Positions 26,201 through 43,200 of a stretch of 64,000 nt of DNA are shown piece after piece. The stretch is taken from assembly GCA_964035545.1 (NCBI GenBank), contig OZ037765.1, positions 6,396,698 through 6,460,697 of the forward strand. The letters run 5' to 3'. The notes beneath the pieces are model-generated. The model worked only from the letters and a program-made list of their open reading frames with translations, was not told where the DNA came from and searched no databases. Made by a program: the position numbers and the translations under genes. Source of the DNA: Bugula neritina (lineage: Eukaryota > Animalia > Bryozoa). The first letter of the stretch is position 1, and each line of letters starts with the position of its first letter.

Positions 26201-28330
26201 TTGTTAAGGTACAGGTTATGAAACAAAAACATACATAATATAAATATGTGTAGATAGTTTGACGTACCAAATAAAAACTCTTTTTAAAATTAACGCCACT
26301 AATTGCTTTAAGCAGAATATTAACAATGTTTGACCAGCTTTTCAGAAAAATCGTTTGAAGTTTTTCAGAACTAAGAAATAACAGTTGAATTTATGAAAGT
26401 TAATGAATCCAAAGGAATGCTAAATTATCTAATACAAAGGTTAAGATTTCCATTAGCCACTGTTTCTGTGAACTTCACAAATTTCTTTCCGCTTCATTAA
26501 AATCCTATAAACACAATTAGCAAAATTGCACTTAGATTTTTGATCACTGATTAACTAAATTCATTTTAAAAGCCAAATTGTGAACTTTTTCTATGCCATT
26601 GCCGTTTACCTGGCGATTGTAAAACACATTCAAAGTATTAACATAGATTGCCATGCAAGGAGATTTATATAATAATAATTTTATAAGTTTCTAAAAATGT
26701 TTCAAACTAAAATATCACTTATTAACTAAATTATTATAATTTTAAACCGTTATTGCGCCTGATCATCAATTAAGTAACATTGGTATGGTGTAATTTTTAT
26801 TTTATAAAGACAAAAACACAATTTTATAGATAATGCTATTAATTTGCCTAGTAAGTGTTGTGAAAGTAATACAGTTACAAATAATCTAACATTCTAAAAT
26901 GCAGTATACATTTGAGTTGCTGAAAATACAATGATTCAGCGGAATGTTTTATTGACAACAGCTGGGTGGAAGTTATGCAAGCATGCCTAAGCCAGCTCTG
27001 ATTTGATTATATTATATAAATACATTTCTGCTACACTTCATTTATACAACTTGCTTAATTAATTAATTACTGTTTTCTGTAAGGTATGATGGTAAACCTC
27101 TCCATTTGTTTTAGGAAAGATATTGTGAACAAAGTTATTAACAGCAGTTATTTGCTAGCAAAATAATTTATTTTTCAAAAATATAATAAATGTTTTTATT
27201 TACAACTTGGAACATGTTATAATATATTGATCAGTTAAAACGCTGATGACTCCTCAGTACCTTCTGGCTTTACCAATATAAATCAAAGAGATAACAGTTT
27301 TATTCCAGTAGCTTCCATATAAAAATAGATAACAACATAGTGAAAGCCTCACCATCCAAGGGCATCATCTTTCATGTTTAAAACATGCAAATCATGAATG
27401 TTGGATATTAAATTTTTTTTTTTTATATGCAAAAGTTTTCTACAACGGCAAATTCGTTTGTGAAATAGTTAAAAAATACAAGTTTTTGTATTTGTTGTGA
27501 CTCAATTACTGGTGTTTTTTTCTAATAGTTGCACATTAAATTCATTTACTCCAAATTTTTTTGCCAGTAAGGTGTCAGATGTTTTTACTTCGAGGTTATA
27601 TACACTAGGCTCATATAAATATTTCAACAAAAAAGATGTGGGATTGTAATAATAAAGCATTTGATATTAACAACTGACAACTGGCATAAACATGGTTTAA
27701 TCCTTTTCAAGTACCTAACATTGCATTGGCAGTGAATACGAAATATGACACAGTAGTCTTTTACTTTGTCAAAGTGGGTGATAGTTGCATTTGAGATTAG
27801 GCCTGTATTTGAAATGGGTTTTATTTCACTTGAGATGTGCGCACTTCAACGCTCATAATTGCCCTAACACAATCTATACAGTTTACACAGTTGTAAAAGG
27901 AGCAAAAGTAACTAAACTACAAAATGAAGTCAACCATTTTTAAATACAAAGCAATGCTAATCTTTTTCTTTTTTATTTAAAGAAAGACGCCAGTTGTTGT
28001 ATGTATAATATAGATGGCATGAGAAAATAATGTCTTTGATTATTTAACACCTAGTCTAGGACAAGGAGGAGATTAGAGAAAGCATGTTTTTCATATTAGT
28101 TTCATACACTAACAAAGCGCATATTGTAAATGTTGCATAAAATACACAAGTAATATCAAGTGGGTAAACTATATATATAACTACCTTTGAGCAACCAAAA
28201 CAGGATTAACAAAAATATAATGCAGCTTCTGTAGATTTAATATAATTTAGAGCAACTCTAAAAAAGGCAGTAAAAAGTAAGTACATCAAATAATATTTTA
28301 GTAATTGAGTAAAAGATTCAATGTGAAAAG

Positions 28331-28355
28331 TATATATATATATATATATATATAT
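28331..28355. repeat. (TA)n microsatellite just downstream of the DmrtA stop codon (probable 3'UTR)
   Basis: About 12 TA units, read directly. Confidence 0.9.
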
Positions 28356-28405
28356 TAGATGTCTAAAATTACAACTGCTTCGCTGACAAATTTTCATAGT
28401 CTAAT

Positions 28406-30886
<2,481 letters not shown>

Positions 30887-33800
30887 TCATACAATCGGGC
30901 AGCAGAGATCAGCTGTCTATTCCTTGGAAGAACCGTCTGACAATGTGATAAGCAACTACTGTTCATGGATTAAATATCCCTGATTTCATTAAAAGGTGTG
31001 TTGATCCGTTAATTCACTTGACAGGCCGCCTTACAGCCAATACAAGTCAGTTGCACGGACTGATGTATTGTTTACATGTCAAACAGCACTCGAGTGACAA
31101 AAGAAGCTCCGCCTTTCCTTAAGTTAAAAAGAAGTGAGTGGCTGATATAGATATACTGATGTATAATATTAGCAACCCTCTGCCTGCCTAGTGTATGGTG
31201 TTAATCAGTTAATGTTCAGCTATTAGTCCATGACATTATAATGGCCACTATTGAGTGTAAATAAATACTTAACATCAGCACGTTTATAGATATCATAATA
31301 AACACATGTTTGTAAGATGGAGATACTTTGGTAACTGAAATAGTTAGCAGTAAATATGAAATACAATTAGACATAGCAAACCCAAAAGTAAGAGCAGTGA
31401 GAACAAACAAAATTCTGAATTTAGATTCCTAAAACAGAAAGATAGTTTACAAATTTCAATTCTTTATAGTTGACATATTGAAAGAAATCACAAATTATCA
31501 ATTTTATAATTTACCTTTTAGGTTTTTTGATTGCTTATCAAAATTTAGGAAAATATTAATTTTAGGGCAAAAATATTTTAACATAGGTATGTGATATGCT
31601 TACAGTATGGCACCATTATTTGCATTTTTATGGCTTAGATGATGTGTAATATATTGACATCAAAAAGTAGCAATATATGCTACTATATAATAAACAGATT
31701 ATAGCATGCCGGGCTAAAACTCTTCTAGTTCACTACTTCATCAATGTTGCACTTTAGCATGATGCTGTGAAATAATAATGCTATGGTTTAAAAAAAGTCT
31801 ATTAGTTATAAATATAATGTTGTGAGCTGTTGAATTATTTAGTGTGTTTTAGCAAGCTTATAATAATGGTATAAGAGTGAATTTCCAGTTGTTCTCATTT
31901 TTATGTAGAATCTAGACATGAAAATGAAACCATTATATTATGGGAAAATCTATTAAAAGAATTTTTAAAGTAATAACTTTATACATTATGACCGCTCTAA
32001 ATAGCTTTTTCTAACATTTATGCAGAGGGTGTTACCAGTTATGCAGTAGAAAACACAGCTCAGTAAATTATTTATTACTGAAAGATAATTTGATGAGTTT
32101 AAACCAGAAACCAAATTTCCTAGATAAGAATTGTTGAAAAACTAAAATATTTTCTTTATAAATATACTAAAATATCTGTAAACATCTTTAGCTATATGCA
32201 CTCACCACTACTTTATATTACCAGAAAATTGAGCATATCATAGGATCTAAAAATATGTCCACCAAAACATAAGTTTATATGCTTTAGAAGAGCAAAATTG
32301 TCAAAAGAAATGCATTATTTGAGATTAATTGGTACGTTAATATTACTTTTTTTAGTCTTTTTGCTTCTCAGCTATAAAATATGTTTTGTGCAGTGAATTA
32401 AACACAAAGGGCCTCAAGATTTTTAAAAATACGAAAAGTATCGAGCTGCAGTAGAAGATTAATTAATGCACTGCCCCTGCCTGAAAGTTTCTATGCTTTT
32501 AAGACATTATTTTTGGTTCAGTAAATAGTAATACAGCAAAAACTAAATGATTAGCTTTAAATAAACAGCTAAATAGCTCAAATTACAAAGACACCGATGA
32601 CCGTACTAAAGAGCGCAATAATTACTGTACCAACATAAAAGACAAATTATCAACATTTCTAAAGGATTTTACAATATTTAAAGCATATCTTAATAGCTGA
32701 CTTAATGCGAATGCCAGTTTAAACAACTGAAGAAATACCTTGTATATTTTTATAACAGAGTGTGTAATTTATGTAATTACAAGAAGATATTTTTCTTATT
32801 GATTATACATTCAGTACTTGTAGAGCTCCTAATGAATCGTTTTAAAGCTATTAAATACAATCAAGCAAATAGGTATATTCTCTTCCATAAGTATATCTTG
32901 GAGTAGAGAGCAACTGATCCTATTATCACTTAGTTATATTAATTGTAGTGGCACACAGCATGATGTTGTTAATTAATAACAAAATATAACTTAATGCAAT
33001 ATTCAGATGATTCAAGTTATCAAGTTGTTTAGTTTTTAGTTTTTCTGCTCAGCATGTCTGATTGTTTCATGATTCCTTTAGTAGGGTGAGTTAATATTTA
33101 AGTGTTCTGTGAATTGACAGGCAATATTCAAATTAGCATCATAATAACTTTTGCTAGAGCACATAAGAAACTGCAAACAAAGAAATGTAATTTAACAAAT
33201 AATCTCCACTTATAGTAGGCAGCAATTAATTTTGAATAACGTCAGTGATGGTTGTTAAGAGTTCTAGCATCAACTTTAAAGCAACAATAACACAACATTA
33301 AATCACCCAACACATTGTCTATAAGGAAGCTTGTAAATAAAATGGACACTGACATTATACTGTTATAAAATATTCCGCTCATTATGAATAAGAAAATGTT
33401 TATGTTTCTTAATGGACTATGCATTAAGAAAGTTTGTGACTAACAGCCATTCAACACATTTATTATATTGAGTAGATAGACATTTACACCTCAACTGCCA
33501 TGACACACAAAGTTTAAAACTTGAGTATTAAAATTAATTGCAGCTCAACTGTGATGTGAATAATTGAGTACATCCAGACTTTTATGCTAATTAATTTGAT
33601 GGCAAATTCAATATATGCCAGTCATGACAATTTTAATTTTCTCAGTATAAAGTTGCGTCAATCAAATTGACTAATTATCCAATATTTGAGCAATTTGAAA
33701 CTTGAACCATAAATCTTAAAATATTGCTTTTAAAGACCTGTCAAAATGTTCAACACATGCTTGGAATATTTAAATTAACTTAATTATATAAGCTATGCTT

Positions 33801-34258
33801 ACTTTAGAATATATGATTTCAACAAATTGTAACTGTTGCTAAAGTAAACAGGAAGTACAGTTGCAGACGACATATTGATAGCTGTAGAGTTTCAGTATGA
33901 CGAGGTACAACCTTTAAATACTGGACAAATATTTAAGTTATTACAATTTTAAACATTGTTGATATTGGCATATTTTTGTAACAAGAAAGAGGCAGTAAAT
34001 TAAGTGGAGGGTAAAGTTACATCTTAGTTAGCTTCCAGACGCCAGTGAATGCAGCCTCTAGACATTCAGACAGTGCAAATATTTACCTTTTCAACAAACG
34101 ATATGTGAAGCAAGATTATATTAATTTATCAATCTTATGCTCAAGATTATAAATAAAACCTTTCAACATTGTATACAGAATATTTTATTATATTTATTTA
34201 TAAACAGATAATTTTTATACAAGTTTTGTGCAAAGCATGGAATCTAGAAGACACTTCC

Positions 34259-37200
34259 TCAGGTCTGGTTACTGAAGACATTTGTAGAGACAACTCTTAC
34301 AATCTGCTTGATGCTTTTAATAGAGTCAGCGGAGTTACGAAGGGCAGCAGTCTTGAATGCCACGTCCAACATCTTCTGCCGGTCATCTAAACACACATAC
34401 CATCACATTACTTAACAAACACAAACTTACGAGAAAATATGTCTGGCTGGTAAATCTAGACCAAAAGTTGTTTGCTGACGTTGGAAGGAGCTAGCAAAGT
34501 AAAACTAAACAATGTCTATACAATTATTTCACTTTATACAACACAGGGCCATAGGAGATGTCTAAAATAAAGCTTTACTAACACAATGTTATAATGCATC
34601 TATTTTAGTATCTCTTGCCTACTTCATTATATCTATACAACGTTAGCAGAAAAAAGTAAACAAATGCATAACAATTGGCTAGGATGGTCTAATTACTGTC
34701 CACTCTAGCAGCCTGTTTATTATAAGCAATCAGCACTTAGAACTAAACAATGAAAGGATTTTATTAAACAGTGGCTAACCTTGAAACAGAAGCAATGCCA
34801 GGTCAGCAACATATGTGAGGGCAGTGGCAGAGATGTCAGTGTTATCATGTTCTAGACAGGCTAGGACAGGTGTGAGGAAGTCTGTAGCTACCCTGCAACA
34901 CATGACAGCATAGTGACAAGCAGTGACAAGCAGTGACAAGTGTATGACATATTACAGTAGTAGGTGATGCCAATGGCTTCAAGCTTGTAATGAATGAAGT
35001 TGTAGCAGTGAGTCAGGAACAGCTTTATTACTATGAGTCATACTCTGGCAGGCAGTTCAGGTGCTCTAAGCAGGCAGTTCAGGTGCTCTAAGCAGGCAGT
35101 TTAGGTGCTCTAAGCAGGCAGTTCAGGTGCTCTAAGCAGGCAGTTCAGGTGCTCTAAGCATGCGCTATTAGTTAAGTTTTTTTTCTACACTAACTTTTCC
35201 AACATGGAACAATAACAATATAAAACTTTGGTAAAGGGTTAGAAATAGTATTAAGTTTATAAGTGGATATGGAGATGTTAGCTTAAGAGGAAAACAAGAG
35301 TGTAAACGATAAAAAGATGATATGATGAGTAAATATAAAACAAGAAATGATATCTCTGCCGGTAGTAACATATCTGAGAAGATATTCTACCTGGGATTAT
35401 GCCGACAGTAGCGGGTGATAAGTTTAAATGTAGATTCTCTAATTTGTTTATTCAGTGACAGAATAAGATGCTTGAACTCATCCTAAAACAAATACACAAC
35501 GTACATTTGTGATGCAATAGGCAATGTTCACACAGCTGAGTAAATCTACGCTCATTCTCACAGGTGCTCCCAAATTCACAACTTATTGAACAAACCCGGT
35601 TTATAAACATAACAATTACAATAAAGCCTTAACATTATAACATAGTCACTATGATGTTTTGCATATACTAAATGTCACAAGTGGGTAGAAACATTATACA
35701 AGAAGTTGTGTGCCCATGACGGGGACATGCAAAATGGAATTACAACTCCATAAAACCTGTAAAGACTGTGAAAGTAAAACAAGTTGTTGCAAATATTACA
35801 AAATAAAAACATCTCCAATCTATAAAACATATAACACGGCAAATTACAGAATACATTGTGCTTATTTTTCCTAAAATGCTACAGAATTAACCGCAGCAGC
35901 TGTGCGTATTTGCTGAAAGTTCATCATAGAAAAAGATACAAGAGAGAAAGGTTTGCCAACAGCTGTGTAAGGAGAAGTATACGTACCAGGCAATGACTCA
36001 ACACATCAATAACTTTCTTGGAGGTCTGCTCCAAATCACCCAGAGCACTAAGAATATCTGAAACAGTGACTATGCTCTCAATAAAATAAATCAACAATAT
36101 AAAACTTTCTCGTTCAATAGAATTGCTTCTTAGCCAAGTATAAGAGGCAGTAATTAGTGCAAGTGGGTAAATTACTTTGTCCTAATATTGAGTGAAACAG
36201 TACAAAAACACTACCTTCTGTAGGCGCATCCTTGCCAAGCTTTCTTAACGTAGCCTTCATCTGTTCATTTGTAAATGTATTGCTTTCTGAAGGGACGGTT
36301 AGCACAAACCCTCCACTCAGTAGGTCAGAACAACTGGGAGATTCTATAGCTTGTGGCATGCATGTGGCTGTGGCCAGTGACTTCAAACTTTGGTTCTTAT
36401 TATACTTGGAATCATTTTGTAGCAAACTGTAAGTACAATATTAAAGCAGCTGAAACACCAGTAACGGTGAATAATATATAATATAGTAATACTAGATTAG
36501 CATAGTGGTAGTAATAAACAGTAAAAATTTCCCAGCACATTACAATATTTTCTTTGAAAAATAAGTAAAAAGATATATTAATAACAAAGCAAAAAATACT
36601 TAAACTGGAACAGTACTTGAAATGTTTGTCTATGTCAAGTAACTTTCACCATAAACGATGAAATCACAATTGTTTAAACTTTAAATCATCGTTTAAAACA
36701 AATGACTTTTACAGGAGGCTGTAAATGAATGCAATGCAATCAGATGAATATAAAATTACTAAATTCATCACATGAAAAAACCTGTACTCTACATTCATTA
36801 TACATATCAATTGTTTGTTTTTAAAATTTTTTCAGTATTTTCACATGACTTTTGTAGAAACAATTTCCATTGAAATTACAATTTTAACATCACACAGTAT
36901 TGCCCTTATAACAAAAAGGTTTATTGTTTTTAGATTTCTATGATTCAAGGTACCACTATAGGGTAAAATATTAATATTAAATACATTTATTAATTTCAAG
37001 TTTAATTGTTAAGCACGAATGGACAGGTTCTAAAAAAAAAATATATCAAATTTGACGAAGGTCATTGCAGTAATAATATTTTGGTTCACACATATTACAC
37101 TGTACACGCAGCATACAACAGATAGAATATTATAACATCAGTGAACATCTCACTTGAGTAAATCTTTGTACTGGGAAATAGTCCTTATACAGAGATCTGG

Positions 37201-40200
37201 CAAACAGCTGAAGAATTTACAGAGAATAGCAATAAACTTGATGATCAGAGCAGCCAAGACATCGTCATTTTGAGTTCCATGAATCTGCAATCACATGCAT
37301 ATGATGAACCTTACACTCTGAGTGGATAAACATAGCAGGTTAATAGTAGAATACATTCATCCCCACCTCTCAACCCCACCTCCCTACCCCCATTCTATTT
37401 ACTTGACAACTAGCACCTAAGTAATGTAGGTTAAACTACAATTTGGCCAACAGACTTTGAAAAACATTTGGTAAGTTTTATCAGATTTCGCACATAATAG
37501 TTATAAATAATATCACATACAACTAGCTCACCTTGATAACATTGAAATAAGACTCAACAATATCTGGGAATTGAGGATGTAGATATATATGCGGCTGTAG
37601 TAGTTCAACCAGGCCTAGGATGTTGGTGTGTAGAAGTAGCATGTTTCTGTGCAGGAACTCTCCAAACACAAACTGCGCTCTCCCACCTAGCAGTGAGCTC
37701 ATCATCGACACATGCCTGACCAAACAGACAAAAATAGTAACAAAATAAATAAATAAACAACATTAGACATATTGATTCATTGACAGTTAAAGCAGAAGAA
37801 TTTCAAGAGTCAACAAGAAAGTGACCAAAAAGCTGAAATACCAGTCAACTAAGTTTACCAAATTGAAATCTTTTGGCTCCATATTTTCAATAAACCAGAG
37901 AAGTTGAATAAAGGGAAGACAACTGCAGAGAGAAGTGAATCACCTGTGAAATAGAAGTGGGTGGAGAGAAGCGAGTTTGCGGCAGGCTAGAGTGGCATCA
38001 CTGCTGCTGACAGCGTACTTCTTGCCGGCCTTGACCCTGCCCAGAGTAGAGAGGGCAGAGTGGATCTCAGAATCCAGAGTACACGACCCGTTCAATACCA
38101 ACGTCATGTCCTTCTGCAGAATACTGGGGTCCCCCAACCAGTGGATTATTTCTATAAGTAAATTAATTACCTCATAAGGTGGCAGAAGTATACAGTATTA
38201 TAGTATACAGTATTATAGTATACAGTATTATAGTGTACAGTATTATAGTGTACAGTGTTACAGTATTCCGTGTTATAGTATACAGTGTTACAGTATTCAG
38301 TGTTATAGTGTACAGTGTTACAGTATTCAGTATTATAGTATACAGTGTTACAGTATTCAGTATTATAGTATACAGTATTATAGTGTACAGTGTTACAGTA
38401 TTCCGTGTTATAGTATACAGTGTTACAGTATTCAGTGTTATAGTATACAGTGTTATATTATGCCAGTAAATAAACAAAATGCCGAATAAAAAGCTGCAAG
38501 GAATGATTGCTATAATATAATATTACATAGCTGGCAGCAGCAGCAGCAGCACATACCAGGTCTCTGGGTGTACAGCGAAACCAGGAGACGTCTGTTGCTG
38601 ATGCTGTATTGGTAAGAGCTGACGGCCTGAGACTCGAGGTAGAGGACGAGAGAGTGGAGGACAGACTCGTCAACGCAGCAGTCGAGTAACAGTTGAACTC
38701 TGTGAGTGGATGTAACAGCAGTCCTATCATTTTCTGTATTATAAAAAGATGACTGCAACTTATAATACTAATATTATTTGCATACTACAAAGACATATAA
38801 GTTACTAAAGTTAGAATAATTAAACAGACTACACTTACTGGCTAAATACTGGATGAAACTTGACATTTTTGATGCCAAAAATTGGCTGTATCAGCAAAAT
38901 AATAACAATATCTATCTGTATTCACTGCTCAATCTCCACCTACATACAATTGCACACATGTAACCGAGCATATTGAGTTACCTGCAACACTTACCTGAAT
39001 GTGACAAGCTTTCTCCCTCCAGACATATAAGATGCGCCACCATTTGTGTTTGTTCTCTGGTTAGACAGAGCACATTCTCTGACACTGGTTTCTACAACCA
39101 CACCAAGCCATGCAGTACCAAACACTTTCATGTATTGAATAAAGTAATGAACAAAAGAATTTAAAACTTCCTCGGAATAATATGTTGGCCACTATGTTTA
39201 GACAATTGATGCTGCAAACAGTAAATTATCATTCTATTATTACTAGCATTATTTAATTACTTAAATAAAGTCATTTAAAATATGACTATCAAATAGAATA
39301 TGCATGGAAACACCATACATTATTTAATAACAAAAATAAAGTAATTTAAAATAGATTATACATGACTGCACCCTACAGGATATTATACCTTGGGTTTCCT
39401 TTGCTCTCTTCCTTGATACAGCTTAGGATGACTGATACACACAGCTAAGAAGTCGAGGACAGAGGAGGGAGTCCACTGACTCACTCTATCAGCAGACAAC
39501 AGCCTGTCAATAGTCTTTCTTATGGTGCTCCATCTAGCTTGGTGAGTAAGGAGGGAGCGGAGGTATGCGGGCCCAGCCAGCGTAGATTTAGACTGAGCAC
39601 CTGCGTGACCTCCAACAGCACCTGCGGGGGCAGCTCCTTGTCCAAACAGCAATTTGTCTTGCAGCTCAGTGCAGAGGTTGTCTATTTCAGGGTCGAGTAA
39701 CTCCAACCAATCAATTATCAAACCAAGCATTGCTTTACTTTCTTGTCTAGAAGGATAAGATACAGCTCTCCCTCTCACAATGAGAACAAAAATTCTGAAA
39801 ACTAGTTATTTCATCAGCTTGTGACTCAAGAGTAAAGTTAACTCCCTTTCCAAATTACAGTATTTTAGTGATTATATTCAACTTAAAAAGGGTGTTTTCT
39901 CAAAAAAAGTTGATAATTTTTTCCTGTATTTTCTTAGCTATTGAAGAGAACTACTAATACTTACCCTCTCTGTATCCTATAAGCTTGTTTTATGCACGTC
40001 TCTATAGCCTCGGCCCGTTTATTAGAAACACACAAGTTCACCATTTGCTGACTAAACGCTGACGCACTATCCAATGACGTGGCAGAGAGAGAAGACAACT
40101 TTGAACACACACTCTTCACAGTACTTTGCACAGTTTTAGACAATACGGACTCATTTCTCAGCATTTCGAAAAGTTTTAATGTGATAGATTTCTCTGTCTC

Positions 40201-43200
40201 AGTAGTCTAAAATACAAAACTCACCATAACTAATAAAGGCTAGCATTCTCAAAACCAATCAGCAATATACTATCAACTTTATCATCAACTAAAAAGGTAG
40301 CAGCCATGGTCTAGGAGTTAGAGTGTTTGCTTAGTGAACACGAAGTCATGGGTTCGAACCCGAGTAAAGGCCATTGGTGATATTAGGAAAAACATCCAGT
40401 TATAATTGCTCCTGTGCCACATCTGAATAACTCCTTAGTCTAATTTAACAAAAATCCTTTCCATCAGGGTTTCTTACAGATATAGAGACTATAAACTTGC
40501 GTGAATGAGTTTATTTTATCAACTATAACTATAGCCAACAACCTTAACTCCAAGTAGCCTTAATAAAGCAGCCGAGAGGTGGGGGGCAGAGTTCAGTGCA
40601 GTAACGAAACGGGATTTGTCTGACCCTGACATGACCTCGACCAGTACTTGAATAAACTGAGTTCTCCTGGAGGGATCAGTAACCAGAGTGTGCTGGGCGA
40701 CCATCAATCCTTCCTTACATGATACCTCATTACACAGTTTCTGTAAACATAGACAGAGTACAGGGGAATGCAACTCCCAGGGCAAAAGAAAGTACATAGA
40801 GCTGATACAATAATATTTTATACACTAGTGTATAAACATGCAAACATAAACTCCTAGCAACTTTCTTTTTATTACTTAGCTACACTCACCGTATGCACAA
40901 AGCTGTGAAGGTCTGTGTCCATAACCTTGACATTTCTAGACTCCAAGGTTGACAGAGTACGCGACACTTTCCCCGATCTCTTAGTTTTGATAACAGAATG
41001 AGGCTCTGAAGTATCCATAGCCTCAGAGCCATCTTTGTCAAGAATAGTGGCAAATACAGCGCCTCCAGAGACGCCCCTCAACCTTTGAGTACCTAATAAC
41101 TGACTAAGGTACTGTTTCTGTGCCTCCGCAGCTGTCTTTACAGCCTACAGAGTGATATATCAGTGTGTATAATGAGACGTGTGTTACAGGCTATTTTATC
41201 ACCAACTTGTAAAAAAAAGAAATAACATTCCCACACTAAATACGTCAAGGCATTTGACTTTACAAGTTTAGAGAAACACATGTGAACGCTTTTCTGTCCA
41301 CAGGTGCTTCTTCTACGTAGAGAAGCTTCAATTTAGTGAATTTAGAAACATAATGATTTGTACTTTATAAAAATAAATCTTATAATAAAGAAAAATAAAG
41401 ATATTGTAAAGCATCATTAGGTATAATTTAGCTATACAACATGTATTCGTGCAACAATTTTGATATCTCACACTTTCTTACCTGTGGATCTTTCTGAGAG
41501 AATTGATCAAGAAGTTTAAGTATAGCATTTACAGCATTTACTGGGAGGCCAAAGGACTGGAAGTAGAGAATAAGTTGCGCTATAGTTACGTCACTCAGAG
41601 CTGTAAGTACAAGCATACAGTACAGTTGTAACAGAATGTACATATGTGTCTGTGCTTTTCAGCTGTTTATAGGAGTTACCGTGATTCCAGCAACAAATAA
41701 CGGAACTTATGCTGCAATTTCATGAAAGACATGGCTATAAAGTCATAGCAAGACTCTATGACAATATAGTACCATTACGTATATCAGTAGATAGACTCTA
41801 TGACAATATAGTACTATTACGTATATCAGTAGATAAAAGTCAGAGAGTTGTCTGTACCTGCGCTGATTAGCCGAGTGTTTCCTGTTTGCAACATTTTCCT
41901 TCGCAGACTATCGGTGAAGAGGTTGGCAAGGTCAGAGTTGGTGAACATACACCCGACTGGTAGAGCTCCCGACTCAGGGAACCACAACTCCAGAAGCTGA
42001 TTGTTCACGCCCATACTGGACTCTGTGAAATATTATATTCAATGACTGTAAAAACATCTGTACAAGAATCATATATGCTGACTTCATAAGCAATAGTCTG
42101 AGGAAGAATTATTTTACTTGTAAAAGATGGTAGTTCTAGAATCTTCCTATTGGCTTGATATGAGTATTTGCTAAGTCTAATAAGAATACCAAATGCGCTT
42201 AGTTAGCTCTGTGTCACAATAAACTACGTTCATGAAATTCTCATAAGTATTGTTGAGCCAACTTTACATGTGTAATATAACATCAATTACACTGTACAAG
42301 CAACAGAAAAAAAGATATTTATTTGCTTCAAGAGAGGTGAGCATTTTAGTGTTTGTTAAGTTCACAGCTAAGCGTATAATTTTATTTAAATAATATTACT
42401 GTATAATATAAGGAATGAAGTAAACATTTAAATTAAGGTGAGAATATAATATTATATATTAAAATACCTGAATGTTGATTATGAGACAACAACTCCATAA
42501 CTGCATGTACAATTCTCATATCCAATACAACAGAGTGACTTTGGGGCCATTCAACCATGACAGCGTAGGAGTTGTCTTCCTAAATATATATAAATATAAA
42601 CATGTATAAATACACAAGAGCCACGCATAGCATCAGTTGTGTAAACACAAGTGTCAAGGTACCTATGATAAGGTCATAAATTACTAACTCACTATAACAC
42701 AATTAATAGTATGACGCACAGTTCGGCTGCCCAGTTACAAATTTATGTAGTGCTAATCCATGCAAAATATCTTGGCTAAAAATAAGTTCAATATCACAGT
42801 TGTATGATGGAGAAGATTAGTTTCAATGAAAAAGTAGTTCATTCAGTTTTTGTTCGTTTGAGTGAAGTTTATAGATGCTCTCTGATGTTTTATTTGATCC
42901 CAGGTTATAACATAAACAACAGCCAACTCAATCTTAACAGTATAATTATAATAATTATTATAATTTGATAAACTGTGGTAAATTATTTAAATCATTTAAA
43001 TTGCTAATGAATACTAAATTAAATGATTTGCAACACTATACCTTCAATCATGAATCAAATATTAAGTTATATAAATGTTTTATCACCAACCACAATTGGT
43101 AAAACAACGCTATCACCGTTGCAGAAAATAGCTCAGCTATTACTGCAGATTACAACATTACATAAATATAACCCAACAGTCCTGCTTTAAAGAAGCACTG

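Noticed and set aside
17300-28300. Short ORFs between the Dmrt genes as a possible third gene or Dmrt pseudogene
   Set aside because: AT-rich I/L/F/Y/K/N-biased translations with no DM, DMA or TE motifs.
35048-35160. Regular 22-bp repeats superficially like a CRISPR array
   Set aside because: The units are contiguous with no unique spacers, the context is a eukaryotic intron, and there are no cas genes.
38172-38477. Repetitive ORFs on both strands (TLYTI / VYSII repeats)
   Set aside because: They arise from an intronic 15-bp minisatellite whose period is a multiple of 3; the INTS1 frame is complete without them.
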